Of a stretch of DNA of 64,000 nt, positions 39,231 to 52,258 are shown piece after piece. The notes under the pieces were generated by a model. It ran no database searches and had not been told where the DNA came from. It saw nothing but the letters and a program-made list of their open reading frames with translations. Every line of letters starts with the position of its first letter. The stretch's first letter is position 1. The DNA lies in contig CAZRNE010000009.1 of NCBI GenBank assembly GCA_964601365.1, positions 5,938 to 69,937 on the forward strand, read 5' to 3'. A program made the translations under genes and the position numbers. The DNA is from an uncultured Opitutaceae bacterium (GTDB lineage: Bacteria; Verrucomicrobiota; Verrucomicrobiia; Opitutales; Opitutaceae).

Positions 39231-39653
39231 CCTGACGCGCCACGGGCCGGCCGCGGGAATGCACCAGCCCGGGCTCTGCCCAGTCACACTTCCCGATCCG
39301 ATGAAACCGACTCCGCGCCAGTCTTATCGCTTTTCGTTGCTCATGGCGGTGCTTCCCCCGGGATCCTCCCTGAGCGCCCTTGCGCCGGTTGCTCGGCGCT
39401 GGGTCGCCCGCTCGGGCACGCGCTTGCCCTCCCGCCACCGGCTTTGCCAAGCCAGCGTGGTAAATCGCTTGCCCATCGGTTGCAGACGGCCGGGGAGACG
39501 CAGATGCTGGAATCTGCGTGAACCGGCGAGACCGGGTCGCGACTGACCGGGCTGCCTCCGCAGGGCCGCATGAATTCACCGTTGAAGTGGTCGGTGTTGA
39601 GATCGGTCACCTGTGTCTTGGTCTTATGCCAACGCCAGCACGTGAGGCTGATT

Positions 39654-40040
39654 CTAACGCGCCGCCCGCGCGGCGTCGGGGGACGCAGACCGGCTGACCA
39701 GGAGCAGCTCGACCCGCTTCACCTCGCGGAGCACGCGATTGGTGTGCATCTCCAGCCAGAACCAGACCTTGATGAACATGACGATGAGCATGAGCAGCAG
39801 ACCGAGGCCGCCCCACTGCAGCTGCGCCATGACGGTCGTCGCGTGGTAGAACTTCACGCCGGCCCAGATGGCGCCGGCAAAGAGCACGACGCTGTAGACG
39901 AAGGTGAAGAGGGAGAGGGCGCGGTGCCGGCCCCTGAAGGCGGCGATCACTTCCTCGGCGATGTTGGGTTCGCCGGCGAGAGCGTCGCCGCCGGCCTGGC
40001 CGCGGAGGGCGGCCTGGATTTTCTGGTCGAGATCATTCAT
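39654..40040 (-). CDS. Putative membrane-anchored anti-sigma factor
   Basis: Starts at ATG 40038-40040 (MNDLDQKI...), overlapping the ECF sigma stop by 8 nt (ATGAATGA). It has two TM helices. The call is positional. Confidence 0.5.
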   Translation of the reverse strand: MNDLDQKIQAALRGQAGGDALAGEPNIAEEVIAAFRGRHRALSLFTFVYSVVLFAGAIWAGVKFYHATTVMAQLQWGGLGLLLMLIVMFIKVWFWLEMHTNRVLREVKRVELLLVSRSASPDAARAAR

Positions 40041-40590
40041 GGGAGTTTCTTTCGAGTTGTTGTCTGAGGGTTTCACGTGCGGAAAAGAGACGCGATTTCA
40101 CGGTGCCGGGCGGGACGGCGAGGATCTCGGCGATCTCGCTCACGCTGCGGTCCAGTTCGTAGAAGAGGTGCAGCAACTCGCGTTGCGCGGCCGGCAGGGC
40201 GTTGATGAGTGAGCGCAACCTCAAGGTGCCCTCCGATGGCTCCTCGGGTTGGACCGGAGCGAGTGATGCAGCTTCCCGCTGGGCGAGGGTCTGCCGCTCA
40301 CGCTCCAAGCCGCGGCGGCGGATCCAATCGGCGCAACGACGCTCCACGATGCGGAAGGCCCAGCGCGGAAAGCAGGCGGGATCGTCGATCCGCGACAATC
40401 CGCGGGCGATGGCCACCCAGACATCGGCGAGGACCTCGTCCGCGGCTTCCGGGCGTTCCACCTGCACCAAGGCCAGCCTCCGCAAATCCGAACGCCAGAG
40501 GTCGTGCAGGTCCCGGAAGGCGGTCTCGCTGCCGCCTTGGGCGGCGAGCACCAGCCACTCGGTCAGGATCTGCTTGGCATCAGGGTTCAT
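40033..40590 (-). CDS. ECF-type RNA polymerase sigma-70 family factor
   Basis: 185 aa. Region 2 reads AFRDLHDLWRSDLRRLA...CFPRWAFRIVERRCADWIRR. Region 4 reads LPAAQRELLHLFYELDRSVSEIAEILAVPPGTVKSRL. Confidence 0.85.
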   Translation of the reverse strand: MNPDAKQILTEWLVLAAQGGSETAFRDLHDLWRSDLRRLALVQVERPEAADEVLADVWVAIARGLSRIDDPACFPRWAFRIVERRCADWIRRRGLERERQTLAQREAASLAPVQPEEPSEGTLRLRSLINALPAAQRELLHLFYELDRSVSEIAEILAVPPGTVKSRLFSARETLRQQLERNSHE

Positions 40591-40693
40591 CGCTTTTCTG
40601 ACTTAAAGGTCGCACGAACGGCGCTCCCGGTTCAGTTCAATTCGCCGTCGCTCACAACCTGCTGGCCGCCAACACGCTGCCACGGATGTCCGG

Positions 40694-41653
40694 CTACTTT
40701 TTCACCTTGTTCCTGGGATGATACCTGGCGTGTTGGTCGAGCAGGCGCGAGTTCTCGACGGCGGTGTAGATCTGCGTGGTGCCGATGCTGGCGTGGCCGA
40801 GCATCTCCTGGATGGCGCGCAGGTCGGCGCCGCCGCCCAGCAGGTGCGTGGCGAAGGAGTGGCGCAGCTGGTGCGGTTTCACTTTCTTGGTCAGGCTGGC
40901 CCGCGCCGCCGACTTCTTGACGATGGCCCAGAGCGTTTTGCGGGAAATGGCGCGGCCGCGCTCGCTGATGAACAACTCCGAGCCCGTGCGGGGCTTGACC
41001 AGCCGGGCGCGCGCACCGCCGAGATAGACCTGCACGGCGTCCCGGGCCTTGCGGCCGAGGGGCACGACGCGCTCCTTGCCGCCCTTGCCGAAGACGCGCA
41101 CGAAGCCGTGCTCGAGGTCGACCTGCTGGAGCGTGAGCTTGCACAGCTCGGAGATGCGGAGGCCGCTCGAGTAGAACAGCTCGAGCATGGCGCGGTCGCG
41201 CACCGCGTAGGCGTCGGCGCCGGTCGGGGCGGTGAGGAGCTTGCCGACCTCGCCGGGCGAGAGGGTCTGCGGGAGCTTGCGGCGGAATTTCGGGCCGCTG
41301 AGCAGGTCGGTGGGATCGTCGGCGCGGCGGCCTTCCTTCTGCAGGTGGCGGAAGAGCATCCGCACGGCGGTGAGCTTGCGCGCCTGGCTGGCCTCGCTGA
41401 ACCGCCGGTCGCTCAGCCAGTGCAGCCACGCCGTGAGGTGCGCCGGGGTGACGGCGCGCCAGCCGCCGGCGCCGTGCTTTTCCAAAAAATGCGCCGCCTG
41501 GGTGAGGTCGCTGCGGTAGGACACCTCGGTGTTGCGCGCCAGGCCGCGCTCCAGCGCGAGCGTGGCGAGGTAGTCGTCGATCTCCCCGGCGAAGGCCGCG
41601 GGCGCGGGCGGCATCGGCACGGGCCGGCCGGATTTCTCGCGGGGGGTCTTCAT
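40694..41653 (-). CDS. xerD: Site-specific tyrosine recombinase XerD/XerC
   Basis: Core-binding domain (YLATLALERGLARNTEVSYRSDL). Catalytic residues in ELFYSSGLRISE, HQLRHSFATHLL and LGHASIGTTQIYT. ATG 41653 chosen; the track uses TTG 41686. Confidence 0.85.
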   Translation of the reverse strand: MKTPREKSGRPVPMPPAPAAFAGEIDDYLATLALERGLARNTEVSYRSDLTQAAHFLEKHGAGGWRAVTPAHLTAWLHWLSDRRFSEASQARKLTAVRMLFRHLQKEGRRADDPTDLLSGPKFRRKLPQTLSPGEVGKLLTAPTGADAYAVRDRAMLELFYSSGLRISELCKLTLQQVDLEHGFVRVFGKGGKERVVPLGRKARDAVQVYLGGARARLVKPRTGSELFISERGRAISRKTLWAIVKKSAARASLTKKVKPHQLRHSFATHLLGGGADLRAIQEMLGHASIGTTQIYTAVENSRLLDQHARYHPRNKVKK

Positions 41654-41682
41654 GGCGGGTTCCGGCGCGCGGCCGGCGCGCC

Positions 41683-41949
41683 TCAATACCGGCGGCGGGC
41701 GCCCGGCGGGGGCGGCGGGGGGGCGTTGACGTCGCGCAGGCGGAACGTGATGCGGGCCTTGTCGAGGTCGTAGGGGCTCATCTCCATCTTCACGCGGTCG
41801 CCGGCGGCGATCTTGATGAAGTGTTTGCGCAGTTTGCCCGAGATGTGGGCGAGCACCGTGTGCCCGTTGTCGAGTTGGACGCGGAACATCGTGCCGGGGA
41901 GGACGGCGACGATCTTGCCTTCGACTTCAATCGCCTTGCCGTCAGACAT
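41683..41949 (-). CDS. infA: Translation initiation factor IF-1 with a C-terminal proline-rich extension
   Basis: [64 protein letters not shown] is canonical IF-1. It then continues [18 protein letters not shown]. Confidence 0.9.
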   Translation of the reverse strand: MSDGKAIEVEGKIVAVLPGTMFRVQLDNGHTVLAHISGKLRKHFIKIAAGDRVKMEMSPYDLDKARITFRLRDVNAPPPPPPGARRRY

Positions 41950-42220
41950 GGGAGGCGCGCGGGTGCTGGGTGCGGGTCATGCGGTGGAAAAAGCCGTTGT
42001 AAGACCGCAGCGCCGCGCCTAAGTCAAGGTTTTCGTCCGCCTACGCTCTGCGAGCTTCGGCGTGACAAGTCCGCCTCGCCCTCAGTTGGCAAGACTTGTC
42101 CGCCTGATTTCCCATGGCCCACGGCGCGACCAGTCCATCCTCCTCTCCGATGCTCGACACCCACCGCGACCCGCCTTCGCTCCTCCGGAGCTACGGCGAG
42201 GCAAGCCCTACCCCTTCAGG

Positions 42221-42754
42221 ATGAAAGACGAAATGGTGAACCGTCCGCTGCAATGCCCTTTTGCTAAGGTGCATCCGTCGCAGCTGGTGAAGAACGACGA
42301 GTTTTACATGTGGCAGGCCTACAACCTGGCCATCGATGCCTGGCGGGCGGACGAGGTGCCCATCGGGGCGGTCATCGAGCTGGGCGGGAGCATCATCGCC
42401 AGCGCCCACAACCAGCGCGACAGCATGCGCGACCCCACGGCGCATGCCGAGGTGCTGGCGCTTGGACAGGCCGCGCGCGCCCTCGGCGACTGGCGCCTGA
42501 ACGAGGCCACGCTCTACGTGACGAAGGAACCCTGCCCGATGTGCTCCGGCGCCGTGCTCATGGCGCGGGTGAAGCGCGTGGTCTTCGCCCTCGGCGACCC
42601 CAAGATGGGCTGCCTTGGCGGCGCCACCGACCTCAACGCCCTGCCCCAGTCCAACCACCGCGCGGTCATCACCCGCGGCGTGCTGGAGGCGCCGTGCCGC
42701 GAGCTGCTGCAGGCCTATTTCCAACTCAAGCGCGGCGAGGACAAGGGCGTATAG
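42221..42754 (+). CDS. tadA: tRNA adenosine(34) deaminase TadA
   Basis: HAEVLAL and TKEPCPMCSGAV zinc-binding CDA motifs. The start is ATG 42221 or 42233. Confidence 0.85.
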   Translation: MKDEMVNRPLQCPFAKVHPSQLVKNDEFYMWQAYNLAIDAWRADEVPIGAVIELGGSIIASAHNQRDSMRDPTAHAEVLALGQAARALGDWRLNEATLYVTKEPCPMCSGAVLMARVKRVVFALGDPKMGCLGGATDLNALPQSNHRAVITRGVLEAPCRELLQAYFQLKRGEDKGV

Positions 42755-42783
42755 GCAGCTCAAATGCCACTTGCCAGCCGGCG

Positions 42784-42954
42784 ATGGCGGCGCAGATTTC
42801 CAATATGCCAACCCTGCAGCGTCGTCGCCCGGCCAAACAACGTGTCGTCCGCCGGCGGATGCCTCAAGCTCGGCGGCCCCGCCCACAGGTTTTCAGCCTG
42901 ACCGATGCTGAAATCAGCCGGATCAATGGCGCCGAAGTGAGCCTCGGCGGGTGA
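42784..42954 (+). CDS. Candidate antitoxin (56-aa Arg-rich ORF translationally coupled to the MazF-like toxin)
   Basis: MAAQISNMPTLQRRRPAKQRVVRRRMPQARRPRPQVFSLTDAEISRINGAEVSLGG. Its stop TGA at 42952-42954 overlaps the toxin GTG at 42951 (GTGA). No known antitoxin fold recognised. Confidence 0.35.
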   Translation: MAAQISNMPTLQRRRPAKQRVVRRRMPQARRPRPQVFSLTDAEISRINGAEVSLGG

Positions 42955-43295
42955 TCAGGCAAATTTCGCAGTGGGACATCGTTCGCATCCGGATCAATCC
43001 CGGCGATCGAGACGAGCACCCCGCGGTCATTATTTCTCCCAAGCACGTGGCGCTGAACGAGCGCGTGCTGAAATTGAATGTGCTCTACTGCACCAAACTA
43101 CCGCCTGCCGGCGATATTGCTCCCACCCAATTCGCCCTGAACAGTGCGGATGGCCTTGAATTCCGCACTGCGGTCGATTGCTCCTTCTATCATGTCATCC
43201 GCCGCGACAGCATTACCGGCCTCTACGGCCGGGTGAGCGCTGAGCGCATCACGGCGTTGAAGCGGCGCATCCGAGAAGTGTTTGGCCTGCTGTAA
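42951..43295 (+). CDS. Type II toxin, MazF/PemK (CcdB/MazF fold)-like
   Basis: WDIVRIRINPGDRDEHPAVIISPKHV...LNVLYCTKL...DCSFYHVIRRDSITGLYGRVSAERITALKRRI follows the MazF/PemK pattern (GDI..V.......E....RP.VV.S........ then C.Q.R..D..R). GC is visibly lower than in the flanking genes. Confidence 0.65.
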   Translation: MIRQISQWDIVRIRINPGDRDEHPAVIISPKHVALNERVLKLNVLYCTKLPPAGDIAPTQFALNSADGLEFRTAVDCSFYHVIRRDSITGLYGRVSAERITALKRRIREVFGLL

Positions 43296-43390
43296 ACCCG
43301 CCACGCATGCCGCTGAACTTTTCGCCCGGCAGTTGACGCCCGGCCGAACCCGTGCTCCCTTGGGCACGCAACTTTCAACCCACCACGATC

Positions 43391-44023
<633 letters not shown>

Positions 44024-44063
44024 GGCGCGGTTCGTCGAGACGACTCGCCCGACCCCAAGACAT

Positions 44064-44091
44064 CAGCCGCGCCCGCAAGGCGCGGCTTTTT
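44064..44091 (+). terminator. Rho-independent terminator after sodA
   Basis: agccgcgcc-cgcaa-ggcgcggct, a perfect 9-bp stem, followed by tttttt. Confidence 0.8.
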
Positions 44092-44195
44092 TGCTACACA
44101 TATTTGGGGCATTCGAACTCGGAAGCCAAAGGCCTGAATCCAAGAGCGCTGTGTCTATGCGTTTCTTGTGCCTCCTGTCGCCTACTCGGCCCTTC

Positions 44196-44260
44196 TTTGA
44201 CCACGGATTACTCGGATGGATCTGTGGAATCCGCGCCCATCAGTCTTATCCGTGGTTGAA
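44196..44260. repeat. ATCCGTG-family repeat, palindromic copy
   Basis: tttgaccacggat...ggaatccgcg...tatccgtggttgaa. The arms are related to the direct copies at 61591 and 62327. Confidence 0.65.
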
Positions 44261-44323
44261 CGAAATGATCACATAGGTAATTGCCCCGTATCGCCTGCGA
44301 GCAGGCTCCTACAAGCTGCCAGC

Positions 44324-44352
44324 AAAACGCCCGGCCGTTTCCGGCCGGGCGT
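44324..44352 (-). terminator. Rho-independent terminator after the glutamine synthetase gene
   Basis: The minus strand reads acgcccggcc-ggaaac-ggccgggcgt followed by tttt, about 30 nt after the stop at 44382. Confidence 0.75.
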
Positions 44353-44381
44353 CTCTCTGAGTCCCTGCTATCTCCAAAGGG

Positions 44382-46550
<2,169 letters not shown>

Positions 46551-46677
46551 AGGAGGTAGGTGGGATGCAGGTTGGAAACAGCCCGGCGCCGCCCCGGTGT
46601 GGAGCCGCGCAGGTGGCCCGGATTAAGCCCGTCCCATGCCAGCCTTGCGGGATTTTTCGGGAATTTCGCCCTAATCC

Positions 46678-46958
46678 TCAACTCTTGGCCTGATCGAGCG
46701 TCACGCGCTTCACGGTCACGAAATTCGCCCGGAACAACTCGTCCATGGCCGCCCGCGTCTTCGGGGGGATGCGCTTCACCAAGTCTTCGAGCGGGGGCAG
46801 GTCCCGGTCGTTGCCGCGGGGGGCGGCCTCCGGCCATTCCGGTGAGCCAACGGGCGTCTCCGTGGCCTGCAAGGCCGCCTCTTCGGCCGGACTGGGACCG
46901 ACGGGCGCGCCCTCGTCCGCCGGCTCGGCGGCGGGTGCCGCAGGTTCAGGAGCCGGGG

Positions 46959-46974
<16 letters not shown>
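46678..46974 (-). CDS. dnaX: -1-frame continuation of dnaX (candidate tau-specific C-terminal segment)
   Basis: The frame entered from the A9 run reads [24 protein letters not shown]...[41 protein letters not shown], with high GC3. It has no plausible independent start. It fills most of the otherwise empty 400-bp gap between dnaX and glnN. Confidence 0.55.
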
Positions 46975-48101
<1,127 letters not shown>

Positions 48102-48106
48102 AGGTC

Positions 48107-48192
48107 GGTTGAGGTTGAAGTGAAAAGTTTAAGCCTAGCGACGGAAGCCAAGTAATCGTAGCCGGCGCTTCAACTTCAACCTTCAACTTGAA
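48107..48192. repeat. Inverted-repeat element of the CAACCTTCAACCTCAAC family between ffs and dnaX
   Basis: Left arm ggttgaggttgaagtgaaaagtt (48107-48129). Right arm cttcaacttcaaccttcaacttgaa (48169-48192). The same motif occurs in frame in sucB (58983-59009) and lpdA (60424-60449). Confidence 0.7.
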
Positions 48193-48218
48193 TCCCGCCG
48201 CCGATGGCGGCAAAAAAA

Positions 48219-48320
48219 GTGGCCAGGCACTCCACGGCACTGGGAGAACGTCGTCACCGTTGCTGCCTTCCGGCCCTGGCGGGGTTCACGCGCCTGCCCA
48301 TGCATGGCACCTGGCCGCCG
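48219..48320 (-). ncRNA. ffs: Signal recognition particle RNA (small bacterial 4.5S type)
   Basis: The minus strand contains CCAGGGCCGGAAGGCAGCAACGG, matching the conserved domain IV (CCAGGUCAGGUCCGGAAGGAAGCAGCC in E. coli; GGAA tetraloop plus AGCA). The 5' GGCCAGGUGC pairs with the 3' GUGCCUGGCC. A T7 run follows. Position upstream of dnaX is a common synteny. The ends are approximate. Confidence 0.8.
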
Positions 48321-48376
48321 CGCACCGTAGGCCGGCGACCTCCCCTTTCAACCAAATAACCTCCCGCGTCCGCAAC

Positions 48377-48877
48377 TCACCCGCCGCCCGGCGGTTTGCG
48401 TTCGCCGTTGCGCGGCGGGGGCGGCAGCTCGCCGTCCGGCCGGCGGCGCTCGTCGGGGCCCATATGCCGGCCCGGCCCGCCTTCGGGGCCGCCCGGCCGG
48501 CGTTCCAGAACGCGCTTGCGCATCAGCTCCTGCATCTCCCGGAACCTGCCCTGCTGCTCCGGGGTAAGCTCGGCCGAGATCTCGCGCTCCATCCGTTCCA
48601 GGTTGCGGCGCATCTCGCCGGCGGTGAACTGCCGCAGCCGGCCCATGTCCTCCATGTTGCGGCGGATGATCGGACGGATTTTCTTCACCTGCTCGTCGCT
48701 GAGGCCGAGCGCCTCGGACATGCGGCGGAGCTGCTGCGGGCTCCACGGCGCGGGCAGCTGGTTGAGGCCGCGGCGCTCGGCCATCTTCTTGACCGTGCCC
48801 AACGCCACGAAGGCGCCGGTGGCTGCGCCGGCCACGAAGATGCCCAACATCGCGAGGATGATCTTCCACTTCGCCAT
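48377..48877 (-). CDS. Membrane-anchored Spy/CpxP-like (LTxxQ-type) periplasmic protein
   Basis: N-terminal anchor WKIILAMLGIFVAGAATGAFVAL. Helical repeats carry LSDEQVKKIRPII and LTPEQQGRFREMQ motifs. Confidence 0.6.
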   Translation of the reverse strand: MAKWKIILAMLGIFVAGAATGAFVALGTVKKMAERRGLNQLPAPWSPQQLRRMSEALGLSDEQVKKIRPIIRRNMEDMGRLRQFTAGEMRRNLERMEREISAELTPEQQGRFREMQELMRKRVLERRPGGPEGGPGRHMGPDERRRPDGELPPPPRNGERKPPGGG

Positions 48878-48878
48878 G

Positions 48879-49175
48879 TCAGGACAGTTCGTAGTCGGTG
48901 TTCACAAACTCGATCAGCGCCTCGTCCTCGCCCTCGACGGTCAGTTCGCCGGTGGCGTAATGGAAGGCCACGCTGGCCGCGCACAGCGCGCAGGCCGCCA
49001 GCAGGCCGCGCAGGGCCAGCCTCTCCACGCCGAACCAGGGCCCGGCCGGCGGGGCTTCCAAGGCCCGCGCCGCCACGCGCGTGGCGAAACCCTGCGGCGC
49101 CGCCTCGTCGCCCGCGGCGGGCGCCCGGCGGGCGGCGGCGGTCAGTCGCTGCCACTTCTGGTCAAAGTTGTTCAT
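48879..49175 (-). CDS. Putative anti-sigma factor (single TM)
   Basis: 98-aa ORF that overlaps the sigma gene stop by 4 nt, with one TM helix (LRGLLAACALCAASVAF). The call is positional. Confidence 0.5.
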   Translation of the reverse strand: MNNFDQKWQRLTAAARRAPAAGDEAAPQGFATRVAARALEAPPAGPWFGVERLALRGLLAACALCAASVAFHYATGELTVEGEDEALIEFVNTDYELS

Positions 49176-49759
49176 GATTTCTCCTGTCGTTGTAGGTCTC
49201 GGAAGAGTTTTTGCAATTTCCGACGCGCGCGGAAGGCCCGCACCTTGATCATGGACTGGCCCCAGCCGGTCAGGGCGGAGATCTCCGCCACCGATTTCTG
49301 CTCGAGATCGAGCAATTGGATGACGGTCCTGTCCTCGGGACCGAGCTGGTCGAGAAGCTTGCGGACCAGTTCCCGCGCGGCGAGGGCGTCGTTGGGCGTC
49401 TCGTCCCGCTCGTCGCTCAGCACCTGGTCGAGCACCTCGGCCTCGTTCTCCGAGAGGTCGGCCCAGCGGAACTCCGGCCGGCGTTTCTGCGCGCGCAGGT
49501 GGTCGATGCAGGTCGTCACCGCGATGCGCGAGACCCAGTGCGGGAAGGGCACGGCGCCCTGATACTGTTCGAGGCGGGTGAACATCTTCAGGAAAATCTC
49601 CTGTGCGAGGTCTTCCTCGGCCACCCGGCGCGGGAGGTGGGAACGCACGATGCGGATGACCAGGGGATGCAGGTGTTCCACCAGCTGGCGGGCGGCCGAT
49701 TGGTCGCGCCGGCGCACCGCGGCAAGGCAGGCGGCCAGGTCGAAGGCGTCGTCAGGCAT
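49172..49759 (-). CDS. ECF-type RNA polymerase sigma-70 family factor
   Basis: Region 2 reads LVEHLHPLVIRIVRSHLPRRVAEEDLAQEIFLKMF...FPHWVSRIAVTTCIDHLR. Region 4 reads LGPEDRTVIQLLDLEQKSVAEISALTGWGQSMIKVRAFRARRKL. Confidence 0.85.
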   Translation of the reverse strand: MPDDAFDLAACLAAVRRRDQSAARQLVEHLHPLVIRIVRSHLPRRVAEEDLAQEIFLKMFTRLEQYQGAVPFPHWVSRIAVTTCIDHLRAQKRRPEFRWADLSENEAEVLDQVLSDERDETPNDALAARELVRKLLDQLGPEDRTVIQLLDLEQKSVAEISALTGWGQSMIKVRAFRARRKLQKLFRDLQRQEKS

Positions 49760-49867
49760 GGACTTGTGTGGTTGTCAGGCACAACCCACGAGACGCGCGC
49801 GACTGCGCCCCAGTTACCTTGCGCCCCCGGTTTAACCCGCTGTTGTCCAACGCGGCGCGCACGATGG

Positions 49868-51007
49868 TCAGGCCCGGTCGACCTTCCGGAACATCCAGAT
49901 GCCCAGCGCCTGGAAACCGAGGTTGGGCAGCCACATCAGCAGGTCGGGGCGCAATTCGGGACGGTTGTCGAACCAGCCCACGACCACGGTCGCGAAGTAG
50001 TATCCCATCGCCAGCGCGAGCGCGACGCCGAGGTTGGCCGAGGTCTCCTTGCGCGACACCTTGATGCCGAGCGGGATCGCGATGAGCGCGAAGGACAGGA
50101 TCGAGAACGCCTTCGCGAACTTCTCGTGGATGGCGATCTGGATCTTCATGCGCTGCTTTTCGCGCTCCGCGGTTGCCACGGCCGGGTCGGGCCGGCCGAG
50201 GCGGCGCCATTCGGCCATGAGCTGGTCGAAGGTCATCCACTTGGGTTTTTTCCGGACGGAACGCTGCCCGGTCATCTTGTCGAGCACGAGGTCGAAGGTC
50301 GCGCGGTCCGACGCGCCCATGCCGCGCACCTCGCCCATCGCCTCGGGATCCCGGTCCGAAAACGCCATCGCCTGCATGTGCTCGATGGTGAGCACGAGCT
50401 TGTTGGCCGCCTCGTCGAATTTGATCCGGCCCGAGCGGGCGCGCACGAAGGTCTTGGCCTTGGCCTGCGGGCCCAGTTCCCACACCCAGATGTCCTCGAG
50501 CAGGTCGCCGCGCTTGTCGCCCACGTAGATCACCAGGCCCGGGAAATCTCGGGTGAACGTCCGCGGCAGGATCAGGCTGAGCGGATCGCGGCGGATCGCC
50601 TCGGCCAGCTCGCGCTGGTATTCCATGCGCGCCGCCGGCATGAACTGGAAGTTCACCAACACCGCCGCCCCCACCCCCAGCAGCGCGAAGAAGAAGATCG
50701 GCGCCGAGATGCCCGCCACGCTCACGCCCGCCGCCCGCATCGCCGTCAGCTCGCGGTCGGACGACATCCGCCCCAGCACCAGCAGCACGCCCGCCAGGAT
50801 GCCCATCGGCAGTGCATACGACACCACGAACGGCACGAGCAGGGCGACCAGCTTCACCACCGTGCCCGGCTCCAGCTGCCCGGCCAGCAGGTAGCCGAGC
50901 AGGTCCTTCAGCGCGTTGCCCAGCATCAGCACGAAGGCGAACAACCCCACCGCGGTCAGGCACGTCAGCGCGACGCTCCAGAAGATGTGCCGGTGGATGA
51001 GCTTCAT
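49868..51007 (-). CDS. LptF/LptG-family (YjgP/YjgQ) LPS export permease
   Basis: MKLIHRHIFWSVALTCLTAVGLFAFVLMLGN...SSDRELTAMRAAGVS is typical of the family. It has 6 TM helices and a central periplasmic domain. ATG 51007 chosen. Confidence 0.8.
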   Translation of the reverse strand: MKLIHRHIFWSVALTCLTAVGLFAFVLMLGNALKDLLGYLLAGQLEPGTVVKLVALLVPFVVSYALPMGILAGVLLVLGRMSSDRELTAMRAAGVSVAGISAPIFFFALLGVGAAVLVNFQFMPAARMEYQRELAEAIRRDPLSLILPRTFTRDFPGLVIYVGDKRGDLLEDIWVWELGPQAKAKTFVRARSGRIKFDEAANKLVLTIEHMQAMAFSDRDPEAMGEVRGMGASDRATFDLVLDKMTGQRSVRKKPKWMTFDQLMAEWRRLGRPDPAVATAEREKQRMKIQIAIHEKFAKAFSILSFALIAIPLGIKVSRKETSANLGVALALAMGYYFATVVVGWFDNRPELRPDLLMWLPNLGFQALGIWMFRKVDRA

Positions 51008-51053
51008 GCTTGGGGCGACCCTTGGGGGCGCGCCCGGCGCGGGCAATCCGTTT

Positions 51054-51122
51054 TGTAGGAGCGGCTTTACGCCGCGATTGAATCTGTTGCGATGCTTGTC
51101 GCGGGATCAACCCGCTCCTACA
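51054..51122. repeat. Palindromic REP-like element (TGTAGGAGCGG...CCGCTCCTACA)
   Basis: tgtaggagcggctttacgccgcgat...gatcaacccgctcctaca, with 11-nt perfectly complementary ends. It covers the ATG at 51092 that the ORF track uses for rlmN. Confidence 0.75.
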
Positions 51123-51136
51123 TTCCAGCCACCCTT

Positions 51137-52249
<1,113 letters not shown>

Positions 52250-52258
52250 CCTCACCGC

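Noticed and set aside
40694-41653. Tyrosine recombinase considered as a marker of an integrated mobile element or genomic island.
   Set aside because: It has full XerD/XerC-type architecture and sits between infA and an ECF sigma gene. There is no adjacent tRNA, direct repeats, phage genes or compositional shift. It is interpreted as the housekeeping chromosome-dimer resolvase.
46625-46641. Possible sigma-54 promoter (TGGCAT-N7-GGGCT on the minus strand) upstream of the type III glutamine synthetase gene.
   Set aside because: GG and GC fall at the correct 12-nt offset. However, the -12 element lacks the TTGC(A/T) context, and there is only one weak match. This is not enough to call without an NtrC-site or experimental support.
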